This document shows positions 49,781 through 63,688 of a stretch of 64,000 nt of DNA, piece by piece. A program made the translations under genes and the position numbers. Location: NCBI GenBank assembly GCA_002633005.1, contig NMRA01000102.1:537067-601066 (forward strand), written 5' to 3'. Each line of letters starts with the position of its first letter. The stretch's first letter is position 1. Under the pieces are notes generated by a model. That model worked only from the letters and a program-made list of their open reading frames with translations. It was not told the origin of the DNA and searched no databases. This DNA is from Phoronis australis (Eukaryota; Animalia; Phoronida).

Positions 49781-50780
49781 CGACGACTGTGGCGCCTCCT
49801 AGTGGCAGTTTTATGCGTCTGTGGCTGTATCTCCTAAACCGTTCACAGGATTTTTTACTAAATTTAGTAAATGTATTTACATGATGTTAACAACGGAAGA
49901 CGACGACTTTCAGGAGGATATGACAACTGATATTTTTTTCTTTTTCCTCTGTATGTTAAAAGGTCACCTAGTGGCCATTTTTACTGTTTTCAAGTTTTTG
50001 GCGTCCACTCGTCTATCCACCAAACCGCTTTCAGGATAATTGTGAAAATTGGCATGAATATTGTTACTACAAAGTGGACGGATGAAGATGATTTTCCAAC
50101 GAGTTTGACTACTTTAGCGCCTCCTTATGGCTTTTGGTTTTTTGCGCTCATAGCTGCATCTATTAAACCCGGCGTTTGCAGGATCTTTACTTAACTTAGG
50201 AAGTTATTTATATGATATTGACAATGGACAACGACAACTTTCGGACGGATCTGACTACTTGTGTGCGCCCTGGTGGCAATTTTAGTTGTTTTGTGTTTAC
50301 CAATCTGTATCTTCAAAGGTCCTGAACAGACTTTCATAAAACTTTGAAATAGGCATATGTTTGCGAGATGACGCTATCATCCTGTTTTTGGAAAGAATCG
50401 AGGTATTTTGCGCCACCTGGTGGCCATTTTTGCTGTTTTCAAATCTTGTTTTCGGCGTCCACCCCTCGATCAACCAAATCATTCTAGGGATGTTTTTTGA
50501 AAATTAGCGTATATGTTTTCAGTGTGCAGAGTACGTTAGATGATGGCGACTGACTACCGTGGCGCTTCCTAGTGGTAGTTTTGCTATGTTTTGCGCCCAC
50601 AGCTGTATCTCCAGGATTTTTATTAAATCATTAGAAAGTGTATTTATATGAAAATAACAGACGACGACTTTCAGGAGGATCGAGCGGACGCTGTACCTAC
50701 AAGTGGCAATTTCATTTTGTTCTCTTTTCCTTCTCAGAAGTTACTTGACAGATTATTATGAAATATGACATGTATCCGTT

Positions 50781-51532
50781 TGTCACGTTTTTCCCCGTGT
50801 GTGGGTGGGCGCAGGTTGTTACAGACCGGTGCTAATAGCTTTCGGTGCGAAGATTGACTGAAGACTGGTTCGAGTTAATCCTTTATTAATCCCGACCGTA
50901 CGTTCACAAGCCTACTTAAACAAAACGTCCGACGTAATGTCTGTTTATGCTCCAGCCAGTGCTGCGAAGCCTTGACTTGTATTGAACTTCTGAGATACTT
51001 CCAGCAACTGTTACACTCAATTCAATAACCTGCTGTCTCTATAGCTGGCTCTCTATTGACTATCGCTGTAACTGCTGATTCTGCAACTCAACTGTAGTTC
51101 TCCTGATTAACTTACTTGAACTCACTTGATCTCTCGACTTGATCTTCTTGGACTCAACTGACTTAACTGACTAACACAAACCCGTGCTTGTGTATTTATA
51201 GCCTAACGCATTGTTCTGGAACTTTTCATCAATTCAAGCACATACCAGAACTTTCTGGAACCTACCCAATCTTTCTATAAACATGTACTAGTCTCTAGAA
51301 TATTCCAGACTTCATCAATCACTGTCATGCTACAGACTTCTAGAAAGCTCCACACTATACTGTAGTAAACAAATTACATCATCACTGTTCTGACCTCAGT
51401 CTTCTAGAAAGTTCCATACTATTCTGTAGTAAGCAAATTACATCATCATTGTACTTAACTCAGGGGTCATGCCAATCAAACAGAATAACAAAACAAAACA
51501 AACTAAAAATACTGTCAGACTATATTCTGACA
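50781..51532 (-). mobile_element. Solo LTR (752 bp)
   Basis: TGTCA...TGACA termini with a perfect 5-bp TSD CCGTT (50776-50780 and 51533-51537). On the minus strand a TATAAATA (51194-51201) precedes AATAAA (50882-50887). Confidence 0.9.
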
Positions 51533-54500
51533 CCGTTTTTGGATCGCTTGTACATTTTACGCCACCTTGCGACCGTTTTTGTGATACAAATAAAAAACCC
51601 CAAAAGCACACCATTTGCGATGCATCCGTGGGCCCATTTCACATTGCTCTTGGTTGTATAGCAGTCAACCTCAAGGTCATCCTAGTTGTCAAAGGTCAAA
51701 AAATTCTCAACACCTTTCTGGTATATAGTTCTTCTCGCTTGCCTTTCATTTTCTTCAATATACACTCCGTGAAATTCTCTTAAAACGCTGATTATGCAGA
51801 TTATAAATTGATAAAAATCTTTACTCATGGGTTTTTAGGGTTCTATTCGCACACTAAAGAAGGCACCATGTATAGAAATGTTCACACTTCTACATTTGTA
51901 GACTCTCCATCATAGTCAACGGAAATGCTTGGACCAACTCACTGTGGGCACACAATCTCATGGCAGCTGAGTTGATACTGTTCTGGATTTCTACTCGAAT
52001 GGGGTCAGGCGCTGATGAAGAGCTGAGTGTTTACCTGGACATAATGAATAATAACCGGAACGGGAGTTATGGCTGGACTGCTGCCTCTCAGATTACTGTC
52101 TTCTTCCTTCTATAGCCTGGTCTCAAGGAGAAGTTGGCGTAATCTCATCAGCAGGAGGTCACAATGGGGCTATTCGGAAAATTCACATTAACTAGAGTGC
52201 GCGCGTGTACATTTACTAGTGATGATAGATTAACAGCCTCAATTTCGCGAGCCCTTTAAATTCATGGTGAAATGGCTTGAAGCCGTGCCAACTGAATCTG
52301 AGATTGCGTGAAATGGGTGCTTCTATGAGAGGAAGTAAGCACGACATGATACAAAGGTGAGGTTTGTGGATATTTTAAATATTATTCCATGTTTATTTTA
52401 CTAATGCCTGTTAACTGAGTTACTCGCCGATGTCGACTTCGCGGCAGTCGCCAATCGGGTTAATCTTTGTTGTGATATGTGTTACGATACTTGACGTAGC
52501 ACTCGGGATCTTTTCGTACATCAAATCAGTATTATTGTTTGGAATGATTTCCAACACATTTATCAATGACAAATACATCAATGAATGCTGAATGTTTATG
52601 CTGTTAACTCGATATCGGTTTGTGAGTTACGATTACAATCCAAGCTCAATGCCATGGCAAAGGGTACGTGACAAATATCCATTAGGCTAATTGTTTATTC
52701 CCTAACCTATGTCTTCCAGAAATCTATTACACGTTGAAATAGAAATCTATCATGTCTGTTTTCACGTGACCTTTGGATTATAGGTTTGAGGGCATGTACC
52801 GTGCAGAGGAGATATGCATCGCTACTGCACCGTCCCTGAATGGACAAAAATTGGTTTCAAGCAGATGACTGCAGCTAGCCAGCATTATCTTCCCATTCAG
52901 TACTGAACTCTTGTAAAAGCCTACATGTACTTTCTATATCGGAGACAACGAGCAAAGCCTTTGAAAAGGAACAGCTATTTTTAAAGAAAAGTATGTAAGT
53001 CGTTTTGTTAATTTACTTATTCAGGTCCTTAGCGGGGAATTGGCATTGGGGGTTGATTTTGTAAAATTTGGTGCAACTAAATGTGTGGAAATAACAGGTA
53101 ATAGGGTCTGGGGGAAATAACTTGGTAAGGTAATTCTTAACCTTCATGAACTTCCTTCCAATTTATTTCATTAAACTGTTTTGCTATCAATTGTAAACCC
53201 ATTAAAATATATTTTTACATTTTCTGAATTCTCAGTGACTGCCATTGTCTTAACTCATGCTTTGAAATGTTGCAAGTCGTTTATAAATTCAAAAGACTGC
53301 CGTTTTTGTGAAAATTGCATTTTTGATGGTGCCTTACGGCTTGTAATTACTCTTAAACTACAGAAAGATTATAGATCATTTTTTAATGACCTAAATCTTC
53401 ATACCTTCTATTAGAAGAAAAATAAAAACTCTGAGCCTTAGACTAGAAGTATGCTTGACAGACCCATGAATCTGTAATCGGAATTTAAAATTGCTGAAAG
53501 TATCAAAAAATGCTTGAAAATGCATGGGTAACAAAGGTTTGAAGTTGAATCAAATAACTTGCATATTCTGTATACAAGTGATATGTTTAAGAAAAATTTA
53601 TGGCTACGAATGAAAAATAATGACGGAGGTTTATACAGTACTTATTATATACACCCTTGCATTCTGAAAATAGTAATTATTTAATTTTGTGAGAAATTCT
53701 AGAGCAGCCACCATATCATATTTTTTTAAAACAGGGGTGCATTTTTGACCCAACATCGAGTTCTTAATTATTCATATTAATTCAATATTTGTTCCAGGTT
53801 CAGTGACATTTTAAGGCCACTTTAAGCCGCAACATAGATAAGCTTTGTAACTCTTTTCTCTTCCCACAACATTTCCACACACCAGGAGTGCTGCATGGCA
53901 CAATGTACAAGTCAGTGGCCCTGGTGAAATGTGAGTCGCAGTACGAAGTTACCATAAGACAACGTGCCAGTGGATTGTTTGTGTATTAAGAGGACCTATA
54001 TCTGACCGCTACACAAGTCAGCCTCGTTGCTGAGGATGCTCTTTCATGGGCAATAAGTCATGTGCACACAATAGCTTATTTCCTTTCCTGGAAGAAACTT
54101 GAGGGATTGAAGCTAAAGAAGACCTAGTGACACTCTGGTCTAGTTCAGGGTCAGATTTTGGGCACAAAACGGGTCAAGTGATATGTTGTGTTTACCTTCA
54201 AGGATCTAATTGTAGATGTTATTGAGACTGAATGAGGTTACAAGAAGGAACGCCGTGGGCCGAAACTGGACCTTTTGTACAAGCGCTTCTACAGGCCATT
54301 GAGACTAGATTCCTGTGAAATAAAAACCAAAAGCATATGGTATAAATACCTGTCCTTTCTCGTTGAGTGACATTAATTTTTGCTTTCAGAAGAAAGGCTT
54401 TATACTAATGGTAAAATATTTTCAATTTGGTATACATTATGGGGAAATGACATTCAGCGACTGCAACGAATGTCTTATTGTCAGTAGAACGTCCGTATAT

Positions 54501-55069
54501 GTTACACTTTGATGATTGAATAGTTTTTTCATCAACAGGCAAATTTGTCACTAATTATTGAAACCACATTATTTCCTCAGCTTTAAAGTCCTATACAGAA
54601 AAGTTGTGCTTATTCTTTATAAAGCTGAAATGATAACCGATAACGCTTGCGAATTGTCATTTTCCTGTTGACCTCTAGAAATGAGTAGAGATCAAAATGA
54701 AGTATTCCCTATGTTTTCATTTGATTTGTTTGTGTGTGTAATTATTTTTAGAGCTTTATTAAGAAGGCCTTTGAACAATTTTAAGTTTTGTGTTAACTTG
54801 TCCACAACAAAAGTTCCACGTGCAAGAAAATTATGTTTTCAATTGTAGCTAGCTGGATAAGAATCTGCTATGCACAGGATTAGAGAATATTATCAGGGTA
54901 TTTAAAAACAAAACGACAAACTGAACAACCACATAAAACAAATAAACAACATTGTTAAAACAATTGTAATTTTCCCATGCAACGGAGTTCATAATCAGGT
55001 AAATCAAGTCCTGAATTTCTGAATTAAGTTCAATTCTCTCAGATTGTTGCCGAAGGATTGCTTTTCACT

Positions 55070-55940
55070 TTGTCCAAAGGTAAAACAGACGGTCAGCCTG
55101 CTGGTTTCAGTAGTTTTCTCTCACCTGTAACAGAATAGTCCGAGAAATACTACATGTAGCAAATTATAATATATAATACAAGACAAAACGACATTAGTAA
55201 GGCAGAACATACTTGACGTTTCATCTTCACATTTATACGTAGAAACAGATAATCTTTGTATCCAAGTCTTATTTGAGATCTGGATTAAATATGTGAAACA
55301 GGTTAAAATTTACATTTTTCACGACACCTAAAATGTGCTTCTGACTTCAAGTAAAATTCATTATAGGTGTCATTTTTTATTCCAATCCAATGGTACGACG
55401 TTTACTGAATAGCTTATTCATGTTAATTTGGTAATTAATATGGTAGTCCTGGGGATGGGATCCGCTATAAAATAAGGAAACTCATTCATCTAGAGAATTT
55501 TATTGGACATAGCATAGCTCTGAGGAGAACCTGTTGTGAAAAAGTCACCCATGACTTCTTCACGGACCATGCACCTCTTATACTGGACGTCTTCCCACCC
55601 AGGACAATATGTGAACTTGTGCTTCCAGCCTACCCAGCATCCGAGTCCCGGGTGAGTTTCCGAAAAGAAACACTTAGTTCCGTTCAATAAACCCATTATT
55701 CAGTGGTTTAACTGGTGGGGATAACATCACCAAACGATTTCAATAGAATTTTGATTGCTAAAACTTACCAAGTAACGCTAAGTAGTCTCCCAATGGGGCT
55801 CCGGCTTGCACACGCTTTTTCTCAGTTGGTTGACATTTTTGACGGCAATTCTCCACGAATGTAGTAACCTTAGGTCTTTTGGGAATTTGTGACCACCTGT
55901 CGAAGACTTTCACCCGGGAATATAGCAATAATGAGGCTCA
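55070..55940 (-). pseudogene. Spliced THAP-domain relic
   Basis: An exon ending at donor G|GTAAGT (55769) reads HYCYIPG*KSSTGGHKFPKDLRLLHSWRIAVK. The next exon, from acceptor TTACAG| (55124), reads GERKLLKP...PSVLP, the THAP L.P.AVPS end. Confidence 0.6.
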
Positions 55941-58019
55941 GCGCGACTACGTATTTTGATAACAATCTGCTTTTTACCAGCTGCTTACATGCAGGCAGCG
56001 ACGCATGCGCAAGTCAATCATCACTAGTACAGCAGCGACACCGCGAGGAGAATTATCCGAATAGCGCCATTATATATGGTATCTGCACTGACGCAAGTTT
56101 TCAAAATAAACGGATATCGACGAAAGTCATTTCGACTAGACTCCATTCAGTTCTGGCTAAATCAGGAGAACACCTCGCCAGGTGTTGCATGTTGTTGCCA
56201 ATGCAAAAATCCATTATAAACAATAGCGGCTAGGAGCATTGACGTCGACTAAAACTTGGACAAAAACGCTATTTTTGTCAATAATTGTTCGACTAAGAGG
56301 CCAAAAAATTCCGCCAAGGAATTTATCCCAAAACTGGCAGCGTAAGGCACTGTTCTGTCAATGTTTTGTCGAGTTTACTTTCAAATTTACTGTAAATGGA
56401 GCAAATTTCCGAGAATGCCGAGAAAGACCTACTCAGAATTGCGTATTTCCGTAGCAACTCGGATGATAAGACTCCAGTAGCGGCTTATCAATTCAAAGAA
56501 CCGACACGTCAACAGCCGAGCAAGTAGACGTGTGAGTGTGCCCGCCTCGATACTGCCATTGTTTATTTATTCATTTTAAAATGCATTCCGCTAGATGTAC
56601 TAGAGGTGTGGATTAAATTATAAACTGACCGGTCACAGCGTATCTGGTAAAATGAATATAATATTTGTGAAGTGTATCGGCAGGGAACATGAAGTCGTGT
56701 GATCAAGTAGGCCAAATTGGTGAAATCAAGTAAAATTTTGATTGCTTGTGTGGATTGAGGCTCGGGATGACGGCATCCTCTTTTTTGTTCTTGACGTATT
56801 TAGATGGTCGTGAACGTGAGTTGAATACCATTAAGTAAGCTCATTAAGACGATTGTTTCTAAATAAAATCAACCTTCACATCCCTTTATTGGGGTTATCC
56901 TATGTGTCAACAGTCTACAGTGACGTCGTTTTTGCCTCAGTTGAAAGCAAACGTCCCAAGTGCAGACTGACAGAATTGGGATGCAGGCTGTTTCTGGAGA
57001 TATTGATGTCAGTTTAGCACACGTGTTCTGCAGCGCAAAATCGCCAACAGTGTTGGCTGCCCGTGTATCCCGAAATTCCCTCGAAATTAATAGCAACATT
57101 CATAAGTACGAGTTGCACGGTGGTGAAGCAGCGAAGTTTTTGAAAACGGTTTAGTTACATACCTTCACACGCCTGCTCTTTGGAGCTATTACATGTCAAA
57201 AGGCTGCCTTTATTGTCAGTTGGTTTTGATCCGGGAAATTTCTGTGCATCTGAAAAAATTGTTTGCATGATATGCTTTCGTAATCAAGCGTGACCTCTTT
57301 CCACGTATACACTCAGTCCACACACAGCCATGTTTTCGACGAAAACGAAAATAGAAATTAGTATTGCTGGCGCTTAAACGATTTTATTTGAATAAATTTT
57401 GTCATTCGGAACTTTCCGATAATTACACCTGATAGATTTCACTGATCATGCTTAGAAAATGACAGGCATGTGTCGGGTAACACTTCACTTGTTGAATTAT
57501 TAAGCATTTGTGCCATTCAGCAACATGTACTTATAGGCAATGCGTACTTGAAATTGCCTGCTGGCGATTTCTAATAACTTAGTAATACACTATGAAGTGC
57601 GTATTGAGGGGTAACGTTTTTCAATGCCACTGAAACGACCGTGTGAGAATAAGACAATGGCGTGCATCATGGCAGTAAACTTTGATCTCAAGTTCTGACT
57701 AATTTTGTTTTGGATATATCGATTTAGCCGTGAATTTGCTCAAACTAAACAACCTTCAGCGTGTCAACGAGAACGCGATCGGGATTGAACTGTCCGGCGT
57801 GGAAAAAACGTGTTCCAGACCCTTGATAAACAGATTTTGTGCCTGGTGGGGTATCGACAATCTCGTGATCCGTGAAAATCGAAACATGACTTCATTAATC
57901 GAGTACTAGAAACTATCGACAGTATTAAGGAAGTGCTTACACAACAAAATACATTGTAGGACTCAAAAGGTTTTTATAAAAGTGACTGGTAACGATAAGT
58001 ATTTATCTCGTACACCTAC

Positions 58020-59835
58020 AGCCGATTTTATAAAGGTGATTCAACAAAAACAGGTTTAAGACTTAAACTTGGTCTTCCTAAACCAGGTCTAACTTTAGAC
58101 CTAACTTGCATTTCACCAACGTGGTTTAAAAGTCCGAAAGCCTGGTTTTGTTAGACCAGGAAGCCGGTTTAGTAAAACCAGGTTGAAAGTATCTTATCCA
58201 CCCTGCTGTGTCAATCTGAATTTACACATTACGGCGTTTTCCCATTGCTCCCAACTTGTTCGATTCTATAGCCCAACAACAAGTTGAGAAGATGACCCCT
58301 GTAGCCAATATTTTACACGACTGATTAAATCCATTCAGGCATTGATGGTTGGAGGGCCAGCTCTCTTTTGTTAGATGATTGCTCTAATCTACAATAATAT
58401 CGTATCTAGATTGAGTGTGCTGTGGTGTTAAAAATAAAAGTTAAATTATAACATATTTGAACACAAACCAATAGCATTTCGGAAATGCTTGTCCAATGGT
58501 GATCATGTTTAGTTTTTGACTTGCCAAAATCGCTCAACTACAACCGAAGTTACGACAATCTGTTCTTTACGAACGTACCAATTTGCTTTGAGTTTGACTG
58601 TGTTCACACATGGTCTGCAATAAGCCTGGTAGATAATTAGCCTGCTTGTTTCATACCAGACAAAAGACTGCTTGGCTTTAACAAAACAAAGAAGCTAAAT
58701 GATGTAATACGATCACAACCCTCTACGTGTGGAAAAGTCACTGAACGAGAAAACGCCGCCATGTATGAAACTATTGAAGTGCTTTAATGAAACCTTGATC
58801 ACGTGGGTATACAATGGCAAATGCCCATTAGTAAAAACAGTGCAAACATTTGCGAAAAAGATCTAAAAGCTTTGCTCATGAGGAAAAATGTCATGTCTCT
58901 GCCCAACCCACGTGCACACTTTAAAGTACATGCTCACGATTAGCTGCAACATGATTAATGCCAAAATTTATTTTCGAGCCTTTTTAGTGTTATTTTTCGC
59001 GGCCAAAATGGGTGGGGCAAGACCCCTTCCCGGCAGCATTATGCCCGAGACCAATGGAGGTGGAACTCAGAAGCATCCGAAGATGCAGTCTTCAGTCTAA
59101 CGACGACGCCCTGCTAGACCAGTGGTATTCTGCGGAATCAGCAGGACACCATCCAGCACGGGGGGGTTCGGGGGGGGGGGAAGTGGACAAAAAGGTCCGT
59201 AGCTGAAAAACAAAAGTCCACTAAATAAACACAATCGCGCAATTCACAGCAATGCTCCAGTTTTTTTTTTTAGTCCGTCGGCTCTTTTGTTATCAAAAGG
59301 TCCACAACGACGGGAATTCGAGCCCCCCCGCCATATTGAAGGCTGGGTGCGCGCATGGTAGTGGTCTACACATAGGTGCATCCGAGGGCGTCCAGGAGTC
59401 CGGACCCCTTTTTCTTGATTTTAGTGTTATCCCCCTTAAAAATCCTTGACTGACCCCCTCCCCTTCAAAATCGTGGATCCGCCTCTGCTACGTTTGTTCT
59501 TGTGTCGTCGTAAAACTGAATATTGAAAATACTCCATTTTCGGTCTAAAACTGCGTGGTAATTGCACACCGCGGATCATTCAGTTGCACCTATATCATGC
59601 AAGTCTCTCATATTTAACATTTAAACCTGGGTCTGACCGAGTTAAGTTAAATCTGGTTTAAGATCTTAATACAAGTCTAAAGAATATGACCTAGGTGGTG
59701 AAATGAAAACTGAATTGGGCCAGGTCTAAACTGGAGTTTAACCAGGATTTAATAGACCACTGGTATAAAAGTTAAGCCCCCTTTATGTCCAGTTTAAACC
59801 AGATTTAACTTTAAACCACCTTTATGAAATCGGCT
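58020..59835. mobile_element. Harbinger/PIF-like non-autonomous element containing smaller MITEs
   Basis: TIRs AGCCGATTTTATAAAGGTG and CACCTTTATGAAATCGGCT (18/19), with AAACCAGG/CCTGGTTT subrepeats at both ends. The interior includes the segment shared with 35894-36210. Confidence 0.65.
59371..59487. mobile_element. 117-bp CAG-type MITE with probable 5-bp TSD
   Basis: Imperfect TIRs CATAGGTGCATCC and GGATCCGCCTCTG, flanked by CTACA and CTACG (4/5). Confidence 0.55.
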
Positions 59836-60548
59836 GTTATTGTCTAAAATTTTTGATTAATATTTATAACGATGTTATTTCTGTTAACTTAGAGAGGGGC
59901 AAACGTCAAAGGTGTGTTTGCCAACTTTTTCGATCTCGAATACGCGGTTCCTGAGTTGCTTATGTTACTTACATGGATGTCAAAGTGAACCATGAAAAAG
60001 TGACACACTCAATACGGGGGTAGACATACGTGTACCAACAACACCAAAACATCGGCACCCTTAATCCTTCCGACCAACATACATGTGCCGTATACTACGC
60101 GTGTTGAGCAAACTCAGAGAGCTGTTAAATGAGAGAATAGTTGGTAACCGACAAAAGTACGGCATCATTGTTCACCCGACCTGCCATCTCCTGACTTCCT
60201 TACGCCTTGTTACCTGCTGGCTAAAGCGTATTACACTCCTCCAGACGACGTGAAAATGTTGAACCGGTGAATTCGAAGCTCTAAGAACAGCAGGAAACTG
60301 GAAGAACACGTTTATTCAAATATGCCGCCAGTGACGCAATGTATGTGGCTGCTGGGGTGTACATTTGGAGTGATTCAAGACAAATGCTCTGTTTCGAAGG
60401 TGTCGTAACAAATGTGATATTCGTTTCCATGCATAACATGCAAAGACGTAAGCAAGCTTTACTGTCGATCGGATGATAAGTTTTAAAGTAACTAGACATT
60501 TTACGTACTCTGTTTTACTGTACTATTTGCTCTAATATATACACTTAC

Positions 60549-60603
60549 CAAGAACTTGAAGTGAGCTGAACAATAAAGTGGTCGAAAGGAGCAAAGTTCC
60601 CAT
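60549..60603 (-). CDS. Putative first coding (signal-peptide) exon of the GPCR
   Basis: ATG at 60603 gives MGTLLLSTTLLFSSLQVL plus 1 nt, then a consensus donor G|GTAAGT. Phase 1 matches the acceptor at 38977, giving MGTLLLSTTLLFSSLQVLVFQTCGVSC-DSQ. An upstream acceptor TTTCCAG| at 60646 and a donor |GTAAGT at 60944 suggest a further non-coding exon. Confidence 0.65.
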
Positions 60604-61840
60604 AGCGGTGCGTGAGCACATCGAAGACAAAGCTTTAGTTCTTAACCTGGAAATCACAATACCGTTTAGTTTCTGCCTCACCCCATTTTCACTCTGAACA
60701 CGAACTCGAACTTTGAATTATTTTTTTTTCGTTCTAGCTTAGTACGAAGTCGAGATAGGTAGTGAATTAAGTGAATTTTTAAATGAATGTCTATTCCTTG
60801 AATTTTCTACTGATGACCACGGCGTTCAATTGAGCTATGAGTCCCGTGTCTAAAAGCAAATCTGGAGCGTGTGGCTCGAATACCTAGATAGTCGCTAATC
60901 TGCCTAACCCATTATATATACTTCAAAAGAACAAATTCACTTACTTGGTCGGTCGTTTCTTAGTTAGCAGATTATAATTTATCTTACGTGATAATACCAC
61001 CATGCAATAACTATTATTCAACAGTGAAATACAGAAGAGCTACTTTTCTGTGGTTCAAAACTAACCTCAATCCCCAATATGACTAGAAAGTACGATAGTT
61101 GTTTAACTGCAGCGAACATCCCTATTTTTACTTAAGAGGGAGTAGGAAGCGAGATGTTTGCGCACCCCCAGTTATTTGCACGCGTAAGCATGACACCTTT
61201 GTAGCGACCGACGTAGCGGGTCGATGACAGGTGGAGTAGGGAATAGAAAAATATTGAAACGTGTAAAAGGGAAGCAAAATTTTGACGAACTTTTGTCAGC
61301 TACCAATTCTCAATTTACCCTTTTGGGCTCCCCTGGATAGGCCCTTTGTGTTTTTGGGCTCCCGCTTTTTAAAAATGCTGCATACACACTTCAAAAATGT
61401 CTGTTATGCTCATGAGAGCGAAATCTGAAATTTCTTTTTTTGCAGTTATAAGGCCATTTGCCTAACACTAATCACCAGTGCATTCATATCGCCACATAGC
61501 TTCCGGTATTTGTACATGTATTATAAGAAAACTGCCAATTGGTGTAGATTTTTTATTAAACACAGTCCCTATGCTTGTTACGAATCTTGCAAGATATTCC
61601 GAGGCTAAGTAGTCGCACGATATTCCTACAACGATCCATCGCTATCGACATACTGTAGATTGTGTGGTAGGTCTCTCATGGTAGTCCGTTGACAACGTTC
61701 TCCAGAGAAAATTGATTCAGATTTTTAAATTGAAAATTACACTTTATTCTGTATCACGGAGAAATGGTTCATGGAGTCGTTTGACGCTGCCTTCGCTTTC
61801 TCAGAGAGCTGGAGAGGCCGCCGATGGCATCCACGAATAG

Positions 61841-62717
61841 CCCACTATTACGAAGGTTCGCTGCTTCTAAAGCTCACTATTCCGAAGGTTCTCTACTCCT
61901 AAAATTTATAAAATTTCGGACTTTTGTGTAATTTTTGAACTTTCAAATGAAAAAAATATACGACTGCACGCGTATGCAAAATTGTCCGCATATCTTACAT
62001 TACGAACACGAAAAAATGAGTACGTACTTGCATTTTAAAAAGAATATTGATTAACTATCAACCACGAAACATTGCACTTTAAAACGAACATGAAGTAAGT
62101 ATATCGATAATTCAAGAACTACGATACATTCACCAAATCCATGTCCAGATCGCATTGTTTCATAGCGTGACTGAAAAGATTAGGGACGCTGCGCCTCAAC
62201 TTCTTCCGCCGTAACCACGCCCATGGCCAGGTCGAAACTAAACGTAGTGAGTAGGCTACCTTGTCCCTGCCAGTCTTCACTAAGTCAGAGAGTCCCATTC
62301 TGTTTTCTTAAAATTAAAACTGCATTTGGTCACCCCATCCCTGACTCGTGCCAGACGTTGTTCCTGCTTGAGAATGAGTAGTTTGTTAGATTCAAGAATC
62401 ACGCTTGGCAGTGAATGGAATTGGGCTCATTTGTAAACAGCCTAAGCATTGTTCAATTCTTGCTCACCTTATTTTTTCTCACATTTTAAATGGTAACAAC
62501 ACTGTAAATGGACACAAACACAATACTTTATTCATGTCAGTCCTGACTCATTAGCAGAAAATCAGAGTAATGAACTTCGGAGTTCTATTTTCGGAATTGT
62601 GGACATTCGAAATAGTGAACTTTCGAAGGTAGCGAACCTTCGGAGTAGTGAAACTTCAGATCGAGTACTGGACCTTTAGAGTTGCAATGGACTTTCAGAA
62701 TAGTGATATGTAACTTT
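61841..62717. mobile_element. Foldback-type MITE with 18-19-bp subterminal tandem units
   Basis: The left arm repeats CACTATTCCGAAGGTT-like units (61843-61900). The right arm repeats the reverse complement AACCTTCGGAGTAGTG (62570-62706). Confidence 0.65.
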
Positions 62718-63169
62718 GGAAATCTACGCCAAGTTTGTTGCTCGTATGAAGTTTGCGAGGTTGTGCACCATTGCACGATTGATAAGAGAAGACTAACGCT
62801 TTTATTGGACCTACTTTTCCCTACCAACGTCATATTTCAAAGAAAACGACTAAAATCACGAACAAGTGGTATCTGACACGGCCGGGGGGTACTCGATTAT
62901 TTTTAAACGAGGGGTGCCGCCGGAAAAAATTGAATATCTACCAATTTAGAGAGTGGGATCGGACAAAAAAGCGACCATTTAGAGAGTAACTTTGTGAAAA
63001 AAAAATCTTTTTTCCCGCAGTTTTGTTCAAGAAATTCAGAAAAAGGCACACTTTTATGTAATATTTAGTCGAAAATGGCACCATTTTGGAGAGTATTTTT
63101 GCTATGACACGTTTCGCATACCTCTTCTATAGGAATGCCCTTCGTGCTGACAGGGCATGGATCTGTGTA

Positions 63170-63282
63170 CCCATTATTACTACAACATTGCTATTACTAC
63201 TATTACTGCTATTACTACAACTATCATTAGTTTCACCACTAACGTTATTATTATTATTAGTATTGTTATTCTTATGATTATT
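63170..63282. repeat. (TAT/TAC)n trinucleotide microsatellite
   Basis: Directly visible. It explains the poly-Leu ORF 63086-63277. Confidence 0.9.
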
Positions 63283-63688
63283 TTACTTTTTAAATTTATT
63301 TAACAATAGATGCTTAGCAAAGTGCTGATGAATCTGTCAGAGATTGTCGGTGGGTTTGTTTAAAAGGTAGCTGTCAGAATAAATATTGATTAAGTAATTA
63401 GTAAGAATAGTTCCATTTTAAGTTGCCCAAAATTTGTGCATATGTATTTTTAAATCATGGGGTCAGGCTTGTTGATATGTACTTTAACGTCAAAATCTAT
63501 TTAGGTGGTGTTTACAACTTCGGGTTCTAGCGTCAAAGTATTCTAGAGATTCTAGAAAATTCTGAGAACGAATTGTAACAACCTATAATATGATGGGATA
63601 TTCTCTACTTTCACGCATTCGCCATGTTTACAAATACGCATCGAAAACGAGGCGAGCAGATGTGACCTAGTTCCGCCTTTTAACAAGC

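Larger units (their letters stand above)
44947..51686 (+). mobile_element. HINE-like element of the same family as 41047-42380, split by a LINE (itself carrying a Kolobok) and a solo LTR
   Basis: Its 5' end TTTTTATGCGCCCACAT.TTTAT.TGTGGACGCATTATGCCGTCATCTCCGT matches the 42380 copy. Host sequence resumes at 49793-50780 and 51538-51686, where AAAAGCACACC.TTTGCGATGCAT.CGTGGG matches the 3' end of the other copy. Confidence 0.8.

Noticed and set aside
57163-57332. ATG-to-GTATGT segment as an alternative GPCR first exon
   Set aside because: It has in-frame stops and no signal peptide. The 60549-60603 exon fits much better.
63086-63277. Poly-Leu ORF as a membrane peptide
   Set aside because: It is a translation of a (TAT/TAC)n microsatellite.
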